Assembly: GCA_040384585.1 (NCBI GenBank)
Contig: JAZKJD010000008.1
Location: 47,608-71,607 of the forward strand
Length of the DNA stretch: 24,000 nucleotides
From: Pseudomonadota bacterium
GTDB lineage: Bacteria > Pseudomonadota > Gammaproteobacteria > Diplorickettsiales > Diplorickettsiaceae
Reading direction: 5' to 3'
This document shows positions 10,059 through 17,036 of the stretch, piece after piece (positions within the stretch are counted from its first letter, which is position 1; every line of letters starts with the position of its first letter). The position numbers were made by a program, and so were the translations under genes. The notes below the pieces were generated by a model that worked only from the letters and a program-made list of their open reading frames with translations, searched no databases and had not been told where the DNA came from.

Positions 10059-10801
10059 ATTTTTTGTTTCAAATAATGTTCAAGACGTTGTAACTCATTT
10101 AACGTTCCCACATTAAACCATATCCCATCTTGGTAGTATTCACCGGTGACTTTTTCTTCGTTTATACCTTTGTATAGTACTGCCGACAAAGGGAACGATT
10201 CTGATTTATACCCTTCACCTTTCAAGATGTGGTGTTGTTGCACATCGGGGCTCACGTGCTTGGGTATATAGTTCTCAAATAAAGTAGGACGAAAAATAGC
10301 AAAACTAGCAAAGGTGAGTTTCGGTGAGCCAGTTAATGTTAAAAGATCATTAGGCAGAAGATGAAAGTCACCTTTTGGATGGAAGCTTGGATTATCGACT
10401 AATATCAGATGTGCTTGTGTGCCTTGTAGGGAATCTAGCGTTTGGCATGCTAGTTTTTCTATAGGATAATTGGTATAAATATCAGCGCTTAATACTATAA
10501 AAGGATCGCTTCCTAAAAGAGGTAATGCTTGGCAGATTCCTCCCCCTGTTTCAAGAGCGGTCGGTTCAAAGGAGTACTCAATATTAACGCCATAGCGATG
10601 GCCATTTTTTAAGGCTTCAATGATTTGCTTAGCGCGATAAGAGACATTAATAACAATGTCTTGAATGCCGGCGTCTGCTAATTTTAGGAGTTGATGTGCA
10701 ATAAAAGGACGGCCTACAATGGGAAGTAAAGGTTTAGGTATTTCATCGGTTAATGGTCGCATACGTAAACCTCGACCTGCGGCAAGTATCATCGCTTTCA
10801 T
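10055..10801 (-). CDS. murU: N-acetylmuramate alpha-1-phosphate uridylyltransferase (sugar-1-P nucleotidyltransferase)
   Basis: MKAMILAAGRGLRMRPLTDEIPKPLLPI nucleotidyltransferase N-terminus. It lies directly downstream of, and is 4-nt coupled to, an APH-family kinase gene, which is the canonical amgK-murU arrangement. Confidence 0.75.
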   Translation of the reverse strand: MKAMILAAGRGLRMRPLTDEIPKPLLPIVGRPFIAHQLLKLADAGIQDIVINVSYRAKQIIEALKNGHRYGVNIEYSFEPTALETGGGICQALPLLGSDPFIVLSADIYTNYPIEKLACQTLDSLQGTQAHLILVDNPSFHPKGDFHLLPNDLLTLTGSPKLTFASFAIFRPTLFENYIPKHVSPDVQQHHILKGEGYKSESFPLSAVLYKGINEEKVTGEYYQDGIWFNVGTLNELQRLEHYLKQKI

Positions 10802-11805
10802 TTTTTTTTTGTCTCATGCAGGTTATTGGTGATAGCGACTTGTAATAATTGTTTTAGTTCATTGAGTTCAGGATATTTTTCACAGGTTTGTAGCAGATAC
10901 TGGATAAGGCGGCCAGTACTGGCAAGATATTGGGGTTTATTATCGCGATAATAGAGACGTGCAAAAATACCTAATATCTTTAAATGTCGTTGTATGCCTA
11001 GCAAATCAAACCAGCGAAGAAATTCTTCTTGCGGGAGCCGATGTTCTGGCATTAACATATGATGAAATGCTAATGCCCACTTGTGTACTTGTGTTTCTGG
11101 CCAATCGATATAGGCATCCCGTAATAAAGAAACAGCATCATACGTAATAGGCCCATAGAGGGCGTCCTGAAAGTCCAATACGCCCACTTTTTGCTTGTTG
11201 GTTAATAATAAATTTCGTGAATGATAATCACGATGCACACAGACTCTTGGTTGTTCAAGTGCTGAAGTAATCAATAGTTGAAAGATTTTTTCAAGCAATA
11301 TAGTCAATTTAGGTGTTATATTAAGTTTCAAATGCCTAACTAGAAACCAATCAACAAATAGATTTAACTCAAAGCGGATAAATTTCTCATCAAATAGACC
11401 TAATGCTTGATTATTCTTTAGTGTGGGTTTGCATACTTGAATTTGCGTGAGGACTTCAAGTGCACGAATATATAAGTCATCAGCACTTTCATTATTCAAT
11501 AAGTTCAAATAGAGATCATCGCCTAAGTCGCTTAATAAGATAAACCCATGCTCTAGATTATAGGCCAGGATTTCTGGGACGTGGATGCCTTGTTGCGAAA
11601 AATTTTTTGCAATCGCGATAAATGCACTTATATCTTCTTTATCGGGTGGAGCAAGCATGATGACATAGCTTTGTTTTACTGCATGTACTCGAAAATAGCA
11701 GCGAAAACTCGCATCATCAACCAAAACTTGCAATTCGAAGCACGGCGAACAAACTGTTTTTAGCCAGTTTTTTACGGATAGTAGTTTACTCTCAGTGACA
11801 GCCAT
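10798..11805 (-). CDS. amgK: anomeric MurNAc/GlcNAc kinase (aminoglycoside phosphotransferase family)
   Basis: APH-type catalytic motifs HRDYHSRNLL and LDFQDA. It is paired with murU. I prefer ATG 11805 (MAVTESKLL), which has AGAGG 6 nt upstream. The 14 extra codons of the tracked ORF (to 11847) are read out of a MITE fragment. Confidence 0.75.
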   Translation of the reverse strand: MAVTESKLLSVKNWLKTVCSPCFELQVLVDDASFRCYFRVHAVKQSYVIMLAPPDKEDISAFIAIAKNFSQQGIHVPEILAYNLEHGFILLSDLGDDLYLNLLNNESADDLYIRALEVLTQIQVCKPTLKNNQALGLFDEKFIRFELNLFVDWFLVRHLKLNITPKLTILLEKIFQLLITSALEQPRVCVHRDYHSRNLLLTNKQKVGVLDFQDALYGPITYDAVSLLRDAYIDWPETQVHKWALAFHHMLMPEHRLPQEEFLRWFDLLGIQRHLKILGIFARLYYRDNKPQYLASTGRLIQYLLQTCEKYPELNELKQLLQVAITNNLHETKKK

Positions 11806-11807
11806 AA

Positions 11808-11864
11808 TAGACCTCTTGCATAAGCTGCGTGATAGACTTGATTTCATCGTTAAACGTTAGTCTA
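11808..11864 (-). repeat. MITE family 1, truncated copy (one terminal arm, about 57 bp)
   Basis: tagacctcttgcataagctgcgtgatagacttgatttcatcgttaaacgttagtcta matches 14377..14433 almost base for base, then diverges. Confidence 0.85.
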
Positions 11865-11994
11865 ATGAATTAGACTCTTTATAAACCAAGATTTAGAGAT
11901 TTAGGTTTCCGCGCGCCATGTATCAGTTTTTTGTAAAGCAGTGTAATGTATTTTACACTGGAACGAACTTGATTATCTATAAGCATAGCCAGTA

Positions 11995-12203
11995 GTATAG
12001 GCGGTTCTATACCCAAAGCACTTGAAAATGCGAGATCGCATTTTCAAGTGCTTTCCTTGCGCGATGGGGATTTTCAAGGGGAGAATCGCGATTTCTCCCC
12101 TTGAATAACGGGCGGAAGCTTGGCTTTTCCCCGTTAAGTGATAGGTTATACCGCTCGCTGTGAATTCGAAAAGTTCGCATCTTCAAGTACGAGCGGTATA
12201 TAC
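11995..12203. repeat. Composite palindromic element (family 4) containing four consecutive stem-loops
   Basis: The ends are inverted: gtataggcggttc...cacttgaaaatgcga versus tcgcatcttcaagtacgagcggtatatac. Inside are a perfect 19-bp-stem palindrome (12015..12054), a 13-bp stem (12073..12105), an imperfect hairpin (12107..12135) and a 10-bp stem (12148..12199). Confidence 0.7.
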
Positions 12204-12245
12204 ACAGGCCTTACCTAAGTTTCGTGATAATAGCGGGAATCGAAT

Positions 12246-13151
12246 ATGTTTCATGGCAGTATTGTGGCATTGTTGACACCAATGCGAGAATATGGGGATA
12301 TTGACTATCTTCGTTTGCGTGGCTTGGTTGATTGGCATATTGCGCAACGTACCAATGCTATTCTGGTGATGGGAACGACGGGTGAGCCGGCAACACTTAG
12401 TGTAGCTGAGCAAAATAACGTTATCAAAACTGTTGTAGAACAAGCCAATAGACGAGTGCCTATTATTGCCGGCACAGGAACAAATTGCACGCAAAGTAGC
12501 ATTGAACGAACCAAAACCGCTATGGAGATAGGAGTCGACGCCTGTCTGCTAGTGACCCCTTATTATAATTGCCCTACACAAGAAGGGTTGTATCAACACT
12601 ATCGTTTAATTGCTGAAAAAGTACCGATTCCACAAATTTTATATAATATTCCAAAGCGCACTGGGGTTGATTTGTTGCCTGAGACAGTGGCTAGGCTTGC
12701 TGGGATTGCTAATATTGTTGGTATTAAGGAAGGTAGGCCCGAATCTGCTAAAGCTATTATAGAATGTTGTGGAACGAATATAGACGTTTATAGTGGTGAT
12801 GATAATGCAGCTTTGGAAATTATACGTTTTGGCGGTAAAGGGCTCATTTCGGTACTAGCAAATTTATTACCTAAAACGATGCATGAGCTTTGGCACGCTG
12901 AAAATACTGCTGATTTTGATAAAGCCGAAGAAATAAATCAACAGCTTCAACCTTTCTATAAAGGATTATTTATTGAAACTAATCCTATTACTGTTAAATG
13001 GTTAGCTTCTGAATTTCCCAAAGGATCTGCTGAGAAATTAATCTCAACATCCCGTGTTCGCTTACCTCTGACGACCTTATCGGCGGAGCATCAAGAGACC
13101 TTGAAACCCATGTTGGATCTATTAGACACTTTACCTAAATCATTGCTATGA
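12246..13151 (+). CDS. dapA: 4-hydroxy-tetrahydrodipicolinate synthase
   Basis: MFHGSIVALLTPM N-terminus, GTTGE, and the overall DapA pattern. 301 aa. Confidence 0.95.
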   Translation: MFHGSIVALLTPMREYGDIDYLRLRGLVDWHIAQRTNAILVMGTTGEPATLSVAEQNNVIKTVVEQANRRVPIIAGTGTNCTQSSIERTKTAMEIGVDACLLVTPYYNCPTQEGLYQHYRLIAEKVPIPQILYNIPKRTGVDLLPETVARLAGIANIVGIKEGRPESAKAIIECCGTNIDVYSGDDNAALEIIRFGGKGLISVLANLLPKTMHELWHAENTADFDKAEEINQQLQPFYKGLFIETNPITVKWLASEFPKGSAEKLISTSRVRLPLTTLSAEHQETLKPMLDLLDTLPKSLL

Positions 13152-13372
13152 AGTTATTTATTTTATTGCTAAGTTTACTATTTAGTCTGGTGGGTTGTAC
13201 TTCGGTTAATAATTATATAAAAACTCGTAAATCACAATACCTATATAGCCAAGATTTCGGACCTTTGAAAACACCAAAAAATTTAAAAATAGGCCAAACA
13301 TCTTATATCATTCCGGCTGCGACATCAGTTAAATCGACTCAACTACCCAATTTATATCCACCTACGGATTAG
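13148..13372 (+). CDS. small lipoprotein resembling only the N-terminal BamD-binding region of BamC
   Basis: Signal peptide plus lipobox LVGC. It has an ATGA overlap with dapA, which is the conserved dapA-bamC synteny. ...SYIIPAAT...NLYPP parallels E. coli BamC ...DYAIPVT...DIRPP (recalled from memory). It is only 74 aa, against about 340 aa for canonical BamC. Confidence 0.55.
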   Translation: MKLFILLLSLLFSLVGCTSVNNYIKTRKSQYLYSQDFGPLKTPKNLKIGQTSYIIPAATSVKSTQLPNLYPPTD

Positions 13373-13375
13373 GAG

Positions 13376-13403
13376 CTATCACGCAGGTTATGCAAGTGGT
13401 CTA
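13376..13403 (+). repeat. MITE family 1, 28-bp terminal remnant
   Basis: ctatcacgcaggttatgcaagtggtcta equals the terminal 28 nt of the family (compare the reverse complement of 14377..14404, one mismatch). It ends 2 nt before tRNA-Ser. Confidence 0.75.
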
Positions 13404-13405
13404 TT

Positions 13406-13496
13406 GGAGAGGTACCAAAGCGGCCATAATGGCGCCGACTCGAAATCGGATGAGGATGCAAATCCTACGTGGGTTCGAATCCCACCCTCTCCGCCA
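13406..13496 (+). tRNA. tRNA-Ser (anticodon CGA), CCA encoded
   Basis: Hand-folded cloverleaf. Acceptor GGAGAGG/CCTCTCC; 3-bp D stem; anticodon loop CT-CGA-AA; long variable arm (AGGAT-GCAA-ATCCT); T arm GTGGG-TTCGAAT-CCCAC; discriminator G plus CCA. Confidence 0.95.
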
Positions 13497-13500
13497 AGTT

Positions 13501-13646
13501 AGGATGTGTCGTCATTGGGCACGATGATGGTCATAAACCGTCGTATTTTCTGCGTTTCGTTACTCACATACCCGCAAGTATGCTCCGTTACAATACTCGA
13601 AAAACCACGCTTTCTGGCTCATCCTCGTTAAATGACGACACACCCT
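13501..13646. mobile_element. MITE-like palindromic element, family 2 (146 bp)
   Basis: Terminal inverted repeats are aggatgtgtcgtcatt (13501..13516) and aaatgacgacacaccct (13630..13646), matching at 15/16 positions. The internal arms are also partly complementary. It starts 4 nt after the tRNA CCA end. I saw only one copy in this window. Confidence 0.6.
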
Positions 13647-13689
13647 ACATCGCTAGCCTTATTTTCTTATAGAGGTGCCCTTTAGGCTT

Positions 13690-14316
13690 CTATACGTTTG
13701 CTATAGCCGTCTGCAGCGAGATATATTCAAGCGGCGTGTAAGTTTGGTTAGATTCTGTTTTTTCACTATTTAACAGCACAATTTCGTCAACTTCCATTGG
13801 TCTGGTATTGAGTTTGAGTTCTTCTCGTAGACTGGGCGCATGGTGATGGGCAATCCGACCTAATGTTAGATGCGATAGATAAGGTTTTGTTTCTGGCGTA
13901 AAGCCCAAGCTTACTGAAACTTTCTCTAATACATTGGCGAGTTCAAAAAGTTCTGTAGCAGGAATAATGTCGGCGGCAATAGCGCGCGGTGCGGTAGGGG
14001 ATGGAAAAAAACGAATGTTGTGTAATTGTAAGGGAAATGGTGCAATCTTTTTTGTTGCTTCGTGAGTGTCCTCGACTAGGGTAGGTATGAGTGTGGGATC
14101 AGTAGTTCCCAAAAAGCGTAATGGAACATGCAAATTTTCTGGATACACCCAATTAACACGATTCCCCCAAGGCTCTCGCTTTAGTTCATCAATAAGTTGA
14201 GATAAGGCTTGGCGTAATTCGTCGTTTAATTCAATAGCGAAAAATATACGTAAAGGATCATGAATACTCAAATGTAGCTTCCTTACTAAAGACTGTACCA
14301 TACAACTACTCATCAT
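13690..14316 (-). CDS. thpR: RNA 2',3'-cyclic phosphodiesterase (2H phosphoesterase, LigT/ThpR family)
   Basis: RIFFAIEL N-terminal strand, two H-x-T/S-x type motifs (HVPLRFLG and SHLTLGRI), and a length typical for ThpR. The start is uncertain: GTG 14337, ATG 14316/14313 or ATG 14301. Confidence 0.75.
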   Translation of the reverse strand: MMSSCMVQSLVRKLHLSIHDPLRIFFAIELNDELRQALSQLIDELKREPWGNRVNWVYPENLHVPLRFLGTTDPTLIPTLVEDTHEATKKIAPFPLQLHNIRFFPSPTAPRAIAADIIPATELFELANVLEKVSVSLGFTPETKPYLSHLTLGRIAHHHAPSLREELKLNTRPMEVDEIVLLNSEKTESNQTYTPLEYISLQTAIANV

Positions 14317-14376
14317 AACCCAATATGTAGGATCCACCTTGTAAGTTATTAACTATTCATTATGTATGCTATTCAC

Positions 14377-14521
14377 TAGACCACATGCATAACCTGCGTG
14401 ATAGACTTGATTTCATCGTTAAACGATAGTCTACGGTCCTCATTTACTCATGTAAACTCCGGTTCCTCGACTATCGTTTGCCTTGAACTCAAGCCCATCA
14501 CTGGGTTATGCAAGAGGTCTA
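14377..14521 (-). mobile_element. MITE-like palindromic repeat, family 1, full copy B (145 bp, inverted relative to copy A)
   Basis: Its reverse complement aligns end to end with 1343..1487 (about 25 substitutions and one indel by hand). Terminal inverted repeats are tagaccacatgcataacc and ggttatgcaagaggtcta. Confidence 0.85.
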
Positions 14522-14660
14522 CTTTCACGTTGTGGTGTTGTTGTACAGGTATTAAAAGGTATTAAAAAAAATTTTATATTACCTTGAATGGGGATGCTTG
14601 TTTATATACTATAAGTTACAATAATGAGTATATTATTTCTTCATCTTTATTTATTTCCTT

Positions 14661-16037
14661 ATGATCATAGATACCACCTTGCTTTCTCGTATCCAATTTG
14701 GTTTTACAATAGGTTTTCATATCTTGTTTCCCACCCTCAATATTGGGTTAGCTGTTTTTTTATCTATTATGGAGGGTCTGTGGTTAAAAACAGCGAATCC
14801 AGTCTATTTAAAAGTCTGTCAATTTTGGACAAAGATATTTGCTTTGACTTTTGGTATGGGTGTGGTTACAGGTATTGTATTAGCCTATGAACTAGGTACT
14901 AATTGGTCCTCTTTTATCCGTGCTGCGGGAGGAATACTAGGTGCTTTATTTGCCTATGAAGTGTTAAGTGCATTTTTTTTGGAGGCTGGTTTTTTAGGGG
15001 TCATGTTATTAGGCTGGAATAAAGTAAGCCCAAAACTGCATTATGCAGCAACCTTGTTGGTTATGTTAGGCACTACCTTTTCTGCTTTTTGGATTATGTC
15101 CGCTAATTCTTGGATGCAAACACCAGCAGGTTTTCACGTTGAGGCAGGAAGATACGTTGTCGATAATTGGTGGGCAGTGGTTTTCAATCCGTCAGCAATA
15201 CCACGTTTTTTTCATATGATCATGGCTTCTTATTTGACGACTTGTTTTGCTGTGGCAGGGGTATCGGCTTGGTATTTATTAAAGCAAAGGCATATTGATA
15301 TAGCAAAACCCTGTTTTTCATTTGTTCTAGGCGCTGCTATTATCCTTGCGCCTGTTCAAATTCTGATAGGAGACATGGTTGGATTAAATGTACATAAATA
15401 TCAACCGCTCAAAACTGCGGCAATGGAGGGGAATTGGCAGACGCAAAAAGGCGCTCCTTTAATTCTGTTTGCTATTCCCGATAGCCAGCACGCAAAAAAT
15501 CATTATGCAGTTAGCATTCCAAAGTTAGCGAGTCTTGTTAATACTCATCATTGGAATGGAACATTGATTGGCTTAAAAAGTGTGTCTCCCAAAGATAGGC
15601 CTGTCATCGGATCGACTTTTTGGATGTTTCGTGTGATGTTGGCAATTGGTTTCCTATTTTTATTAGTGGCTTTAATTGCTTTATGGTTACGAATACGGGG
15701 TCGACTCTACCATTACAAAGGATTTTATCGTTTGTGTGTCGCGATTGCACCATTAGGGTTTTTGTGTACGATTGCGGGTTGGGTGACGGCTGAGTCAGGA
15801 CGTCAGCCTTGGGTTGCATATAATTTAATGCGTACCTCACAAGGTGCTTCCTTGGTACCTTTTCACCAGGTTGTTGTATCGTTGACGTTGTTTGTTATTG
15901 TTTACGGTATCATATTTAGTTTTTATTTATTTTATCTTTTTAAGCTAATAAGCAAAGGACCGGCCTCTTTATCGCACGATACAGCAACGGATGCGGTAGA
16001 CATTCCCTTTAAATATATGGCACCTGAGGTTGAATAG
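14661..16037 (+). CDS. cydA: cytochrome bd-type quinol oxidase subunit I (short Q-loop, CIO-like)
   Basis: N-terminus LLSRIQFGFTIGFHILFP, GWVTAESGRQPW motif, multi-TM. 458 aa, shorter than the 520-aa long-Q-loop CydA. Confidence 0.93.
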   Translation: MIIDTTLLSRIQFGFTIGFHILFPTLNIGLAVFLSIMEGLWLKTANPVYLKVCQFWTKIFALTFGMGVVTGIVLAYELGTNWSSFIRAAGGILGALFAYEVLSAFFLEAGFLGVMLLGWNKVSPKLHYAATLLVMLGTTFSAFWIMSANSWMQTPAGFHVEAGRYVVDNWWAVVFNPSAIPRFFHMIMASYLTTCFAVAGVSAWYLLKQRHIDIAKPCFSFVLGAAIILAPVQILIGDMVGLNVHKYQPLKTAAMEGNWQTQKGAPLILFAIPDSQHAKNHYAVSIPKLASLVNTHHWNGTLIGLKSVSPKDRPVIGSTFWMFRVMLAIGFLFLLVALIALWLRIRGRLYHYKGFYRLCVAIAPLGFLCTIAGWVTAESGRQPWVAYNLMRTSQGASLVPFHQVVVSLTLFVIVYGIIFSFYLFYLFKLISKGPASLSHDTATDAVDIPFKYMAPEVE

Positions 16038-17030
16038 ATGCTATTAATTCTAACATGGGCAGTGATTATTTCCTTCATCATTATGATGTATATATTACTC
16101 GATGGCTTTGATCTGGGGATAGGTATTTTATTCCCTTGGATCAAGCATGGCCAATATCGAGACATTATGATGAGCAGTATCCTACCGATTTGGGATGGAA
16201 ATGAAACCTGGTTAGTCTTTGGGGCAGCGGCTTTGTATGCGGCTTTTCCAATAGCCTATAGCACCTTGTTACCCACATTGTACATGCCTATTATGATTTT
16301 GTTAGCGTCATTAATCTTTCGTGGATTAGCCTTTGAATTCCGCTTTAAAGCACAGCGTAGTCGATTTATTTGGGATATTGCGTTTTCTGTTGGATCGACT
16401 TTAGCTGCTTTTATTCAAGGAATTATTTTGGGTACCTTTGTAAAAGGATATGGAGATCACTTACCCCTTTCACATTCAGCGTATCAATGGCTGACTCCTT
16501 TTAGTGTGTTTACTGGATTAGCAGTTGTTTGTGGTTATGCATTACTGGGATCAACTTGGTTAATTGTAAAAACCGAAGGTGAGTTACAAGATCGGCTCTA
16601 TAAAGTTGCTAAAATTTTATTAGGGATCGTTGCTTTTTTCTTGATAGCAGTGAGTATTTGGACTCCCTTTGTAGATCCGAGGATTATGCAGCGTTGGTTT
16701 TCCTTGCCTAATTTTATCTATTTATCTCCTTTACCCATCTTAACAATAGCTATTGTATTTTATAATTTCTATTGTTTACACAAGCGCAAAGAAAAATCTC
16801 CTTTTGTCTTGAGCATGGGACTCTTTATTTTTGCTTATATTGGGTTTTGCATTAGTGCCTGGCCTTACATTATTCCGCACGTGGTTCCTGTATGGGAAGC
16901 CGCTGCAGCGCCATCGACCTTGAAATTTGTTTTAGTAGGCACTTGCATTTTAATACCTATCTTATTGATTTATACGGCTTATTCGTACCATGTCTTTCGC
17001 GGTAAAGTCAAAGAAGCCATCCATTATTAG
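16038..17030 (+). CDS. cydB: cytochrome bd-type quinol oxidase subunit II
   Basis: The ATG immediately follows the cydA stop. LLDGFDLGIGIL and WDGNETWLV motifs. 330 aa, multi-TM. Confidence 0.93.
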   Translation: MLLILTWAVIISFIIMMYILLDGFDLGIGILFPWIKHGQYRDIMMSSILPIWDGNETWLVFGAAALYAAFPIAYSTLLPTLYMPIMILLASLIFRGLAFEFRFKAQRSRFIWDIAFSVGSTLAAFIQGIILGTFVKGYGDHLPLSHSAYQWLTPFSVFTGLAVVCGYALLGSTWLIVKTEGELQDRLYKVAKILLGIVAFFLIAVSIWTPFVDPRIMQRWFSLPNFIYLSPLPILTIAIVFYNFYCLHKRKEKSPFVLSMGLFIFAYIGFCISAWPYIIPHVVPVWEAAAAPSTLKFVLVGTCILIPILLIYTAYSYHVFRGKVKEAIHY

Positions 17031-17036
17031 CTAGTT

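Noticed and set aside
12000-12245. Possible lysine riboswitch (L-box) in the dapA leader
   Set aside because: I could not find the conserved L-box elements (for example the GAGGCGC-type P1/P2 junction or the loop-E and K-turn segments). The hairpins are perfect long stems with inverted element ends, which fits a repeat rather than an aptamer. An Rfam RF00168 scan would settle it.
13469-13672. 67-aa ORF overlapping the 3' part of tRNA-Ser and the family-2 element
   Set aside because: It starts inside the tRNA T-arm and reads through a palindromic repeat. It has no RBS. Spurious.
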